A stretch of DNA of 64,000 bases. Origin: an uncultured candidate division WWE3 bacterium. GTDB taxonomy: Bacteria > Patescibacteriota > WWE3 > UBA101185 > UBA10185. The notes under the pieces are model-generated. The model did no database searches and was not told the origin of the DNA. It saw nothing but the letters and a program-made list of their open reading frames with translations. The position numbers were made by a program, and so were the translations under genes. The stretch is from contig CBFDCV010000001.1 of assembly GCA_965603395.1 (NCBI GenBank), positions 5,389 to 69,388 of the forward strand. The letters run 5' to 3'. Below, one piece after another: positions 55,341-64,000 of this stretch. Position 1 is the first letter of the stretch. Every line of letters starts with the position of its first letter.

Positions 55341-56498
55341 TGTAAAACTATGTACATATTTTCAATAACATTTACAAAAATACTAAGCAAGTTAATAAGA
55401 AGGTTTAATCTTGGATCGGGTTATGTTTGGCCGGGCCATTTAATATTAAAGATTTACCCCAAAGTAATTAAGAGTATTAATCAAAGACTGCCGAAAAAAG
55501 TAGTTTTTATATCCGGTACTAATGGGAAAACCACTACAGCCAAGCTTATAAGACATATAGCTGAAAAACATAATCTGAAGGTACTCCACAACGATACAGG
55601 AGCCAACTTGCTTAATGGCGTGGTGTCCAGTGTTTTGCTAAGCTCTGATCTTAGGGGAAACCTTGACCATGATATAGCCATTTTTGAATTAGACGAGGTT
55701 GCGTTACCAAAACTAATGAAGGAGGTAGAGCCCGGAATTCTTGTCCTGCTTAATTTATCAAGAGATCAGCTTGATAGGCATTGGGAAGTTGATGCGGTCT
55801 TTGAAAAGTGGTTAGAAGCAGTTAAGAGTTTGCGGGGGGAAACCACACTAATTTTGGAAAAAGCACAAAACAAACTCACACACTTAGCAGGAAAGCATAA
55901 TGGAGAAAATATTTATTTTGATGATTCCGTTGATAATTTATCTTACACAAAGTTGGCAGGTTCATTTAATGCCAAAAATGTTAATTGTTCCCTATTGGTA
56001 GCTGAAAAAATGGGCATTAACCGGGATGAGGCTAGAGATAGTTTGCATGATTTTGAATATGCTTATGGTAGAGGAGAGAAAGTATTATACAAGAATAAGG
56101 AGTGGCGGATACTGCTAGCAAAAAATCCTGAAAGTTTAAATCAAAACCTAAAACTACTTTTAGAGGATAAGACTTCCTATGATTCCGTTTTGTACATACT
56201 AAATGACAACATTCCTGATGGTTTGGATGTTTCGTGGATATATGATATTGAGCCAAAACTACTAAGAGAGGTAAGTGCAGGAAAGAACATATTCATAGCA
56301 GGAATTAGATTTATGGACATGGCTGTACGTCTTCAGTACGCGGGAGCCGCGGTGCTAAAGGATAAGATAACAGAGAATCCGACAGATATTACAAATATCA
56401 TCAGCAAATATGAAGAAGTAAAAAAGATAGTGGTACTACCAAACTATTCAGCCATGTTAGAGATGAGAAAAGTTTTAACCGGAAGGAAGATCCTATGA
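55338..56498 (+). CDS. murT: Mur-ligase-family protein MurT (lipid II isoglutaminyl synthase subunit)
   Basis: 'VVFISGTNGKTTTAKLI' Mur-ligase P-loop with no MurC-F N-domain, followed by gatD with a 4-nt overlap. Confidence 0.65.
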   Translation: MCKTMYIFSITFTKILSKLIRRFNLGSGYVWPGHLILKIYPKVIKSINQRLPKKVVFISGTNGKTTTAKLIRHIAEKHNLKVLHNDTGANLLNGVVSSVLLSSDLRGNLDHDIAIFELDEVALPKLMKEVEPGILVLLNLSRDQLDRHWEVDAVFEKWLEAVKSLRGETTLILEKAQNKLTHLAGKHNGENIYFDDSVDNLSYTKLAGSFNAKNVNCSLLVAEKMGINRDEARDSLHDFEYAYGRGEKVLYKNKEWRILLAKNPESLNQNLKLLLEDKTSYDSVLYILNDNIPDGLDVSWIYDIEPKLLREVSAGKNIFIAGIRFMDMAVRLQYAGAAVLKDKITENPTDITNIISKYEEVKKIVVLPNYSAMLEMRKVLTGRKIL

Positions 56499-57262
56499 AA
56501 CTATCTTTAGCCTATTTCTATCCGGACGAGCTAAATTTATATGGAGACACCGGAAATGTGGAGATTCTTGTTGCTAGAGCTAAAGCACGTGATCTAAAAG
56601 TAAATGTTGTAGAAGTCAGTTCTCAAACTCACGCAAACAGAGCTTTGCTAAAAGAGGTTGATCTGATTTTCATGGGCGGAGGGCCCGATTCGGGACAGAA
56701 AAAAATGTACGAAGATCTACTACACAAAAAAGGACCTTATATAAAAGAGTTTATACAAGAAGAAGGCGTTGCCTTGTTCATTTGCGGTGCTTACCAGTTG
56801 ATGGGCCATTATTATAGATCAGCTGACAGCAGCGAGCTTAAAGGTTTGGGATTATTTGATATATATACACAACATTTTGGTAATCATAAAAAGAGATGTG
56901 TTGGCAACACCGTATGCAATCTTAATGAATCTATTTTGGATGATAGTGTGTTCAAAGCCGTAAACAAAACAGGTGATACCCTAGTAGGTTTTGAAAATCA
57001 CGGGGGAAGAACTTATCTAAACGAAGGTACCAAGCCGTTAGCCAGAGTGTTATCAGGACATGGAAATAACTCTGAAGACAGGACTGAAGGATTGCACTTT
57101 AAAAACTCCATAGGAACCTACTTTCATGGCCCGCTGCTTTCAAAAAACCCGCACATAGCTGATTATCTTATTGCTAAAGCATTAAAACTGGAAAATCTTT
57201 CTAATTTAGATGATACTATTATTAACACCGCCCACTCTGCCCTGGTAAAAAGATTCAAATGA
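56495..57262 (+). CDS. gatD: CobQ/CobB-type glutamine amidotransferase GatD (partner of MurT)
   Basis: 'LFICGAYQLMGHYY' nucleophile Cys, a 'GFENHGGRT' His region, 255 aa. Confidence 0.65.
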   Translation: MKLSLAYFYPDELNLYGDTGNVEILVARAKARDLKVNVVEVSSQTHANRALLKEVDLIFMGGGPDSGQKKMYEDLLHKKGPYIKEFIQEEGVALFICGAYQLMGHYYRSADSSELKGLGLFDIYTQHFGNHKKRCVGNTVCNLNESILDDSVFKAVNKTGDTLVGFENHGGRTYLNEGTKPLARVLSGHGNNSEDRTEGLHFKNSIGTYFHGPLLSKNPHIADYLIAKALKLENLSNLDDTIINTAHSALVKRFK

Positions 57263-58476
57263 AGAAAAAAAGAAAAGAAACCATTAGCAGAGTGCTGTTT
57301 TATGTATTGGTGTTTTTGTTACCCCTCAATCTTGGCTACCACTTTCTGATCAAGGACGCTTACCAAAATGGTATTCTGATAGACTATTTAATACCTACGC
57401 TCTATCTGCAGGATATTTTAGCAGCTTTGTTTATTACACTTAATTTAGACACGCTGTACAAGAATATTCGAAAAGGTGACAAGTACTTGATGTGGTTTTT
57501 ATTCACCGTATTTCTAGCCTCAGTTTCTTCTATGTATACATACTCTTCGCTTGCTTCTTTTGGTAGGCTACTTATTTACGTGCTAACCATGCTTATTGTA
57601 AAGCATAAGTATAGGGGAAAAGAATATTTTAATAAGGTAGTTTACATTTTCGGTGTTACCGTCACATTACTATCTTTGTTGGCTGTGTTTCAGTGGAAGG
57701 GTCAAGGGTCTGTTTTTGATAACTATTTATTCTTTGGGGAGCAACCGTATACTGTGGCTACTCCGGGGATTAATGTAGAAAGCTTTTTTAGCATAGCAAA
57801 AGTCCCTCCTTACGGAACTTTTAGACACCCCAACATATTTGGTGGGATATTGAGCATTATCTTGATTTGGTTTTTATTTAAAAATAAAAAGAGTAGGTTT
57901 ATGAAAGTAGCTTTTATTCTTGGTGTGATAGCGTTATTTTTAACCTTAAGTAAATTTGCCTGGATCAGCTTTCTTCTTGGGGTTGGATTTTACTTTTTGT
58001 TAAAGAAGAGGCCCCAGTATGTGTACAGGGTTGGCTTAGGTATTGTAGGCTTTTCGATTTCTTTATCTTTGTTTCTACCCTTTTTTCCAAAGATTTCGGG
58101 CCTTTCAGAAAAACCGTCATATTACAGGAGGGCAGACCTTCTTAGTTCCTCCTACAGGCTTATTGGCATGGATCCTTACTTTGGGGTGGGTTATGGAGCG
58201 TCTACAGCATATATAAATAAATTCTTACCTTCCAAACACGATATAAGATTTGCCCAACCCACACATAATATTTTTGTGTTGTTACTAGTGGAAGCGGGAG
58301 CACTCGCGTTGCTGTTTTTTACCTTGTTTTTATTTAACAGTATAAAAAAAGCGTTAAAAAACCCTATAATTTTTATTTCTCTCACACAAATTGTATTTCT
58401 GGGTATTTTCGATCACTATTTTTTCACAATTCACCAACCACAGCTTTTAATGTGGTTAATTTTAGGCTTTGTGTAA
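57259..58476 (+). CDS. Polytopic membrane protein, O-antigen ligase/Wzy-like family (putative)
   Basis: About 10-12 TM helices over 405 aa with one larger loop. Assigned by architecture only; it is a second copy of the class seen at 7873-9084. Confidence 0.3.
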   Translation: MKKKRKETISRVLFYVLVFLLPLNLGYHFLIKDAYQNGILIDYLIPTLYLQDILAALFITLNLDTLYKNIRKGDKYLMWFLFTVFLASVSSMYTYSSLASFGRLLIYVLTMLIVKHKYRGKEYFNKVVYIFGVTVTLLSLLAVFQWKGQGSVFDNYLFFGEQPYTVATPGINVESFFSIAKVPPYGTFRHPNIFGGILSIILIWFLFKNKKSRFMKVAFILGVIALFLTLSKFAWISFLLGVGFYFLLKKRPQYVYRVGLGIVGFSISLSLFLPFFPKISGLSEKPSYYRRADLLSSSYRLIGMDPYFGVGYGASTAYINKFLPSKHDIRFAQPTHNIFVLLLVEAGALALLFFTLFLFNSIKKALKNPIIFISLTQIVFLGIFDHYFFTIHQPQLLMWLILGFV

Positions 58477-58534
58477 CACCGCGCCTTGTAGATTTAAGTA
58501 AAAGCCCCTATAATTTAAAAGTATTAGTATATAT

Positions 58535-59866
58535 ATGTATAAAAAGGCCTGCTCCAAAAACATTAAAAGCAAGTTTCTCACCATTGGTTTAGTTTTAGTT
58601 TTACCTGTGTTTTTAACCGCATGTACACTGGGGGATTTACCTGTGATAGGTAAGTTTTTTGGTGGTAGTAGTACTACAGACGATGGGCCTCCGGTAGTAG
58701 ACACAGGCCCGGCTAGTTTAAATGTGTGGGGAATTTGGGAGAGAAAAGAAGTGATGGATGTTCTGATTCAAAGATACAACGAGGTTTATCCTGATGTAAC
58801 TATCAATTATGAGGACAGGTCAGTATTAAAGCCAATTGTGGAATATAAAGAGATAAGTTTTACTAGGGCCACCGATCCTTCAGGACCCGACGTTATGAGA
58901 GTTCATATTAGTTGGTTGCCCACATTGGTACCTTCCTTAGAGCCGATGCCTGATGACATCATGGACGTAGACACCTTTAGAAGTACTTTTTATCCTGTGG
59001 CGGCGGATAATCTAGTTGTCGATGGGAAGATCTATGGTATGCCCACTTTCTATGATGGTTTGGTATTAGTTTATAACAAGGACCATTTTGAGGAGATTGG
59101 TCAGACAGAAGCACCTACAGCTTGGGAAGAATTCAGAAGATTGGCATTGGAACTGACAGTCAAAGGCGAAGGAAATCGCATAGTAAGAGCTGGCGCAGCC
59201 ATGGGAGCGGCTGATAACATTGACTTTTTCTCTGACATTTTAGGAATGTTGTTCTCACAAGCTAGGGTTGCCGTGCCGGCAGAGATCGAACAGGAACCCG
59301 CACAACATGCACTAGCGTTTTATACCAACTTTGTGATGGAAGATGAGGTATGGGCCACGGATCTACCGGAAGCTTCGGTTGCTTTTGCTCAGGAAAAGGT
59401 TTCCATGATTTTTGTGCCAACCTGGAACCTTCTGGACATTTTAGCCGCCAGACCGGATATGAACATTGGTGTAGCGGTTCCCCCGCAAGCTCAACCTGAT
59501 GAACCGGCAACATGGGCAAGTTTTTGGGTGGATGTAGTGCCCAAGTCCAGTCAAGATACTTTAGCTGCGTGGAGCTACATTAGCTTTTTAGCTCAGGAGG
59601 AACAGCAAATGATGATATTCGGCGAGGCTAGTAATTACAGAGTATTCGGACCTCCGTACAGTTTGATGTCTTTGAGCGGAGAACTAGCCGACAACCCTTA
59701 CTTAGCGCCAGTACTTGAGGCAGCCAGCGTAGCTAATACTAATGAGTTAGCAGCCAGAGCAGGAAATAGGAAGCAAGTGGATGCCATGAAGGAAGCTGTA
59801 AACTCTATATTGGGAGGTAGAACTACACCTGAACAAGCACTGGATACCGCTAAAGAAGCTTTATAA
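58535..59866 (+). CDS. Extracellular solute-binding lipoprotein (ABC-type, carbohydrate cluster), orphan
   Basis: Lipobox 'FLTAC', an SBP family-1-like pattern, 443 aa. No permease or ATPase genes adjacent. Confidence 0.5.
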   Translation: MYKKACSKNIKSKFLTIGLVLVLPVFLTACTLGDLPVIGKFFGGSSTTDDGPPVVDTGPASLNVWGIWERKEVMDVLIQRYNEVYPDVTINYEDRSVLKPIVEYKEISFTRATDPSGPDVMRVHISWLPTLVPSLEPMPDDIMDVDTFRSTFYPVAADNLVVDGKIYGMPTFYDGLVLVYNKDHFEEIGQTEAPTAWEEFRRLALELTVKGEGNRIVRAGAAMGAADNIDFFSDILGMLFSQARVAVPAEIEQEPAQHALAFYTNFVMEDEVWATDLPEASVAFAQEKVSMIFVPTWNLLDILAARPDMNIGVAVPPQAQPDEPATWASFWVDVVPKSSQDTLAAWSYISFLAQEEQQMMIFGEASNYRVFGPPYSLMSLSGELADNPYLAPVLEAASVANTNELAARAGNRKQVDAMKEAVNSILGGRTTPEQALDTAKEAL

Positions 59867-59899
59867 AACAAAAACCCCCCGTTAAGATATAATACCCTC

Positions 59900-60910
59900 G
59901 TGAAAATATTTGGTATTGAATCATCTTGTGACGAAACCGCTTGCGCTGTGATTGAAGATGGCGTTAAAGAAATATCTAGTGTGGTGGCCTCTTCCGCCGA
60001 ACTTCATGAGAAAACAGGAGGCGTAGTACCAGAGGTGGCAGCAAGAAAGCAGGTAGAAAGCATCACGCCGGTTATCGAAGCCTGTTTGCAAGAGGCTGGT
60101 ATAAAAGATCCTAAAAAAGAAATAGATGCCATAGCAGTGACCGTTGGACCAGGCCTAGTGGGTTCTTTATTGGTAGGCGTGGAGGCTGCTAAGTCTCTGT
60201 CCTTGGTTTGGGACAAGCCTTTGGTACCTGTAAACCATCTCATAGGTCATATATACGGTAATTTTGTAAACGGACCATCAACAGATAAGATACAATTCCC
60301 GGCTGTGGTTTTGATTGTAAGCGGTGGCCACACGGATTTGGTGATCATGTATGACCATGGCAAGTTTGAGTACTTAGGTGGAACCCTGGACGATGCTGCT
60401 GGTGAAGCTTTTGATAAAGTGGCCAGGCTGTTGGGACTTTCAAAATATTTAGGAGGCTCTTTGCTTTCAGCTAAAGCGGCTGAGTGTAAGAATAATACTG
60501 TAATGGGCAGGCTTCCCAGACCAATGATAGATAGGGAAGATTTTGATTTTTCATTTTCGGGTTTGAAAACAGCTGTGCTAAGGCTGGTCGAAAAGGAAGA
60601 ACACCCGGCGGAGGTAGTAGCCTGTGAGTTTGAGGAAGCTGCTACGGAGGTTTTAATAACCAAAACCATAAGGGCAGCCAAAAAGGTCAAGGCAAAGTCT
60701 ATATTGTTAGGGGGAGGTGTGGCCGCTAATCAAAAGCTAAGAGCCGGATTAAAATATGCCTCAGAGGGGATAAACATCCCGGTGTTCGCGCCTCCTTTAA
60801 AATACTGCGGAGACAGTGCTGTATATATAGCCAGCGCTGCGCACTTTAATTATTTTCCCAAGCCTTTATCTGAAGTAACTGCAGATCCGTCCCTCACCGT
60901 AATGGATTAG
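59900..60910 (+). CDS. tsaD: tRNA N6-adenosine threonylcarbamoyltransferase TsaD (Kae1/Gcp)
   Basis: 'IFGIESSCDETACAV' and 'HLIGHIY' metal-binding His pair. 336 aa. Confidence 0.9.
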   Translation: MKIFGIESSCDETACAVIEDGVKEISSVVASSAELHEKTGGVVPEVAARKQVESITPVIEACLQEAGIKDPKKEIDAIAVTVGPGLVGSLLVGVEAAKSLSLVWDKPLVPVNHLIGHIYGNFVNGPSTDKIQFPAVVLIVSGGHTDLVIMYDHGKFEYLGGTLDDAAGEAFDKVARLLGLSKYLGGSLLSAKAAECKNNTVMGRLPRPMIDREDFDFSFSGLKTAVLRLVEKEEHPAEVVACEFEEAATEVLITKTIRAAKKVKAKSILLGGGVAANQKLRAGLKYASEGINIPVFAPPLKYCGDSAVYIASAAHFNYFPKPLSEVTADPSLTVMD

Positions 60911-60925
60911 GGACTTTTCCATAAA

Positions 60926-60934
60926 TTATCCACA
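60926..60934 (+). promoter_or_regulatory. Isolated perfect DnaA box (TTATCCACA) in the promoter region of a hypothetical gene
   Basis: Exact 9-mer, followed by TTGACA...TGTGGAAAA...TATATAT. Confidence 0.3.
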
Positions 60935-60996
60935 TATTTATGTGCCAACCAAAGCCATCATTGAGCCACTTTTGTGTTATCTATTGACACGCACCC

Positions 60997-61581
60997 TTGA
61001 AATGTGGAAAACTTGTATATATGTCGAGCCTCCCTTATGTTCAATCGTACAAGAAGCTAAAAGTCTTTTTTGAGGCTGTAAAAATTGCAGAAACCCCTTC
61101 CAAATTTACGTATAGGTACTTTGCAGGACTTGGTTTCCCTAGTTCTAAAGATAGGGACTTTGTTATAGCTCTAAAACAGCTGGGATTTATTGATGCCAAA
61201 GGGCAACCCACAGAGGATTACGCTAGTCTAAAGGATGTCAGGCAGTTTGAGGGTACTGTGAAGAGGGGAATAGAGAGAGCATATTTAAACCTGCTTGAGC
61301 TGGACGGAAATGCAGTAGATGTGTCAGAAAATGTGCTAAACGGTTATTTTGGAAGGTTAACAGGAGAGTCGTTAGAAAAAGTAATGGTTTATGCCAGGAC
61401 ATTTAAAGAGTTGGTTGGTTTAGCCGGTTGGGACACAGAAGAAGAGCAGGAAGTTGAAAGTAGAAAGAACGTTGAAAGGGATAGGTCAAACATAAACTTA
61501 AGTATTAATTTACCAACTACAACGGATGAAAAGGTGTACGAGACCTTATTTAAGCACTTAAAAGACTTAGTAACTCCTTGA
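60997..61581 (+). CDS. Hypothetical protein
   Basis: 194 aa with no recognisable motif. Start may be at 'MSSLPY' (61019). It overlaps the proS 3' end convergently. Confidence 0.3.
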   Translation: MKCGKLVYMSSLPYVQSYKKLKVFFEAVKIAETPSKFTYRYFAGLGFPSSKDRDFVIALKQLGFIDAKGQPTEDYASLKDVRQFEGTVKRGIERAYLNLLELDGNAVDVSENVLNGYFGRLTGESLEKVMVYARTFKELVGLAGWDTEEEQEVESRKNVERDRSNINLSINLPTTTDEKVYETLFKHLKDLVTP

Positions 61582-63244
61582 TGGTTATAGTTTTACTGTC
61601 TTTTTCATTGCGTTTTTTAACTTCCGCCTTATCACCGGTTTTTTTGGATACCACAACTCTGTAGGGACAGCCTATTAGATCGGCATCAGCAAACTTTTCT
61701 CCGGCCATAATGTCTTCCCGGTCATCGAACAAAACCTCTACGTTGTTCTTTAGTAGCTTTTTATAGAGATCATGGGCTTTTTTGTGGGTGCTTTTATCTT
61801 CCAGGTTGATACCAACCAGGTGTACTTTAAAAGGAGCCACGCTTTCCGGCCAGATAATACCGTTATCATCGTGGTGGGTTTCTACCACGGTGGCCACGGA
61901 TCTGCCTAAACCTATGCCGTAAGAGCCCATCCAAATAGGTTTATCTGACCCGTCATTATCAGTGAAGTTACCTTTGTGAGGTTCGGAATAGAAAGTATCC
62001 AGTTTAAAACAATGCCCCCATTCAATACCTTTGATTTTTTTCAACTTACCCTTACCGCACTTTACGCAGACATCATCCTCTTTGACTTCCCGGATATCTA
62101 CAAATTCAGGTGTTTTAAAGTCTCTTTCATAGTTTAGGTTATATAAGTGCAGGCCTGATTTATTTCCACCGGCTTCAAAGTTGGTTCTATCTTGGCAGGT
62201 AATATCAGCCACGATCAAAACGCTGTCAGGAAGACCCACAGGGCCAACAAAACCTACCTTAGCCCCGGTCAGATCACTAATTTCCTTTTCTGTGGCTAGC
62301 TCTAACGACTCAGTGCCAAGATGCCTTTTCAACTTAGTTTCATTAATGTCGTAATCGCCTCTAACCATGGCTGCCACAAACTTACCGTCAGCCTTAAACA
62401 TGATGGTTTTGGTGGTGGTGTAGATGGGAACACCCATTCGTTCAGCTAAAATCTCACAATTAACCACGGTATCATCCCAAAACTCTTTGACTTCCTTCAC
62501 GTCCTTGTCTTGAGGATGAGTTTCATAACCGCCTTCAGCACGTTCAACTTGAGAGGCGTAACTGCAGCCCTCACAAGATAAAGCTTCAGCCTCACCTGTC
62601 TCAGAAAGAACAATAAACTCATGATTGTAATCCCCACCTATAGCACCGCTTTCAGCCAACACAGGATAAGCTTTAAGATCAAGCCTTTGGGCAATCTTCA
62701 AATATGAGTCATAAAACTTCTGGTACGAATCATAAGAAGCTTCCTCTGATCTATCAAAGGAGTACGCATCTTTCATGGTAAATTCCCTGACCCTGAGAAT
62801 TCCACCGCGTGGTCGTTTTTCGTCCCTAAATTTATTGGTAAATTGATGTACGTAAAAAGGTAATTCCTTGTAAGAAGGGGCAAACATTTTTACCAACTCT
62901 ATCATTACGCCTTCGGCAGTTGCCCCCATGGCAAAAGTAGCCCCGTGGTGATCGTCAACAATGTGCATTTCGTCACCAAAAGCAGCATCTCGGTTAGTTA
63001 CTTTCCAAATCTCGATAGGCTGTAAAATAGGGGTATTCAAGCGCTGACTGCCTACAGCTTCCATTTCTTCGTCCACAATATTCATAATTTTCTGCCAAAC
63101 CCTAAAACCTAAAGGTAAAAAGGCATACCTGCCGGCGGAAACTTGCCTGACAAAGCCTCCCTGGTATAAAAATCTATGACTAGGTGTTTTGTAGTTACCG
63201 GGGACAGTTTTTATTGTTTTTCCAAATAAATTCGAATATTTCAT
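61550..63244 (-). CDS. proS: Proline--tRNA ligase (bacterial type with editing insertion)
   Basis: 'MKYSNLFGKTIKTVP...SHRFLYQGGFVRQVSAGRYAFLPLG' and class II motifs. 564 aa. Confidence 0.9.
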   Translation of the reverse strand: MKYSNLFGKTIKTVPGNYKTPSHRFLYQGGFVRQVSAGRYAFLPLGFRVWQKIMNIVDEEMEAVGSQRLNTPILQPIEIWKVTNRDAAFGDEMHIVDDHHGATFAMGATAEGVMIELVKMFAPSYKELPFYVHQFTNKFRDEKRPRGGILRVREFTMKDAYSFDRSEEASYDSYQKFYDSYLKIAQRLDLKAYPVLAESGAIGGDYNHEFIVLSETGEAEALSCEGCSYASQVERAEGGYETHPQDKDVKEVKEFWDDTVVNCEILAERMGVPIYTTTKTIMFKADGKFVAAMVRGDYDINETKLKRHLGTESLELATEKEISDLTGAKVGFVGPVGLPDSVLIVADITCQDRTNFEAGGNKSGLHLYNLNYERDFKTPEFVDIREVKEDDVCVKCGKGKLKKIKGIEWGHCFKLDTFYSEPHKGNFTDNDGSDKPIWMGSYGIGLGRSVATVVETHHDDNGIIWPESVAPFKVHLVGINLEDKSTHKKAHDLYKKLLKNNVEVLFDDREDIMAGEKFADADLIGCPYRVVVSKKTGDKAEVKKRNEKDSKTITIKELLSLLSA

Positions 63245-63313
63245 AATACTAATAATGTATACCTTCTAATCCTTGTTGTTGTCAAGCAAAAAGCTATAAT
63301 CACTTGTTTATTA

Positions 63314-63430
63314 GAACGAGCAAAGTGAGCTACTTTGTATTCAAAGCAACGAGCAAAGTGAGCTACTTTGTATTCAAAGCAACGAGCAAAGTGAGCTACT
63401 TTGTATTCAAAGCAACGAGCAAAGTGAGTT
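63314..63430. repeat. Tandem repeat: 33-bp unit 'CAACGAGCAAAGTGAGCTACTTTGTATTCAAAG' in 3.5 copies, each containing the palindrome CAAAGT-N5-ACTTTG. It sits in the proS/valS divergent promoter region.
   Basis: Exact copies at 63347, 63380 and partial at 63413; a variant first copy at 63314. A -10-like TATAAT at 63430-63435 follows immediately, 9 nt before the valS ATG. Confidence 0.85.
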
Positions 63431-63444
63431 ATAATGAGCAGGTA

Positions 63445-64000
63445 ATGGAAATGCCCCAGATGCCAAAAAAGTATAATCATCAGGAATCGGAGCCCGAAAT
63501 CTATAAATATTGGGAGGAGTTAGGTGTGTTTGCACCCGAAAAAGCAGCTGAAGAAAGGAAAAAACACGGTTATCAGGTGAAAGATGAAACTTTTTGCGTA
63601 TTGATGCCTCCGCCAAATGCTAATGCGCCCCTACATTTGGGGCATGCCACTTATAACATTCAGGACCTGATCACCAGATTTAAGAGAATGCAGGGATACC
63701 AATCTTTGTATGTGCCCGGTACGGATCACGCAGGTTTTGAAACACAGGTGGTTTATGAGAAGGGTTTGAGAGACGAGGATAAAAGTCGGTTTGATTTTGA
63801 CGCCAAGACATTATTCGAAAACATACTTGCCTTTGTGAAAGAAAACTCTGATCTGGCTGTTGATCAGCTGAAAAAACTGGGCATGAGCGCAGATTGGAAT
63901 AGGAATACCTTCATGCTGGAAGACAAAGTACTTGATTTGGTGCTAAACACCTTTAAGAAGATGAATGATGACGGACTTATTTACAGGGATGTTTATTTGG
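63445..64000 (+). CDS. valS: Valine--tRNA ligase, 5' part (continues beyond the window)
   Basis: 'LMPPPNANAPLHLGHA' HIGH region and 'VPGTDHAGFETQ'. Confidence 0.85.
   Translation, partial: MEMPQMPKKYNHQESEPEIYKYWEELGVFAPEKAAEERKKHGYQVKDETFCVLMPPPNANAPLHLGHATYNIQDLITRFKRMQGYQSLYVPGTDHAGFETQVVYEKGLRDEDKSRFDFDAKTLFENILAFVKENSDLAVDQLKKLGMSADWNRNTFMLEDKVLDLVLNTFKKMNDDGLIYRDVYL

Noticed and set aside
55154-55345. 63-aa ORF between dnaA and murT
   Set aside because: It lies within the DnaA-box/AT-rich candidate oriC and has no motif. It is more plausibly non-coding origin DNA.
63314-63430. Possible CRISPR array
   Set aside because: The units are contiguous with no unique spacers, there are only 3.5 copies, and there is no cas gene nearby. 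It is a tandem repeat, not a CRISPR.
63241-63480. 79-aa ORF on the minus strand with a repeated 'HFARCFEYKVA' peptide
   Set aside because: It is simply the translation of the 33-bp tandem DNA repeat in an intergenic promoter region. It has no start context and the repetitiveness is a DNA-level feature.

Overview
This is a gene-dense, low-GC bacterial chromosome segment with short intergenic regions and genes on both strands. It includes the replication origin: dnaA with DnaA-box clusters on both flanks. It also carries a heat-shock regulon (groES-groEL, hrcA-grpE-dnaK), several aminoacyl-tRNA synthetases (alaS, metG, proS and a partial valS) and one tRNA-Cys. A large share of the remaining genes are cell-envelope functions: MurJ, MurT/GatD, an LCP protein, a sortase, two FemAB paralogues, a UbiA prenyltransferase, a WecA-like GT4, a processive GT2 and two O-antigen-ligase-like membrane proteins. 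Many proteins are compact (HrcA 240 aa, TpiA 218 aa, Trx 88 aa, AlaRS lacking its C-terminal domain). Together with the Gram-positive-type wall toolkit, this suggests a reduced-genome lineage, possibly Patescibacteria/CPR-like; that is an inference, not a measurement. Three loci stand out as least explained. A ferredoxin plus a truncated aldehyde:ferredoxin-oxidoreductase-like gene sits where pgk is expected between gap and tpiA. A cluster encodes a VirB4-like ATPase, an FtsA-like actin-fold ATPase and a large acidic bitopic membrane protein. A sortase lies beside a candidate substrate with a non-canonical VPDTG sorting motif. Two divergent promoter regions carry tandem copies of a related intergenic repeat. 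I ran no database searches; every call rests on motif and architecture recognition from the translated ORFs and the DNA.
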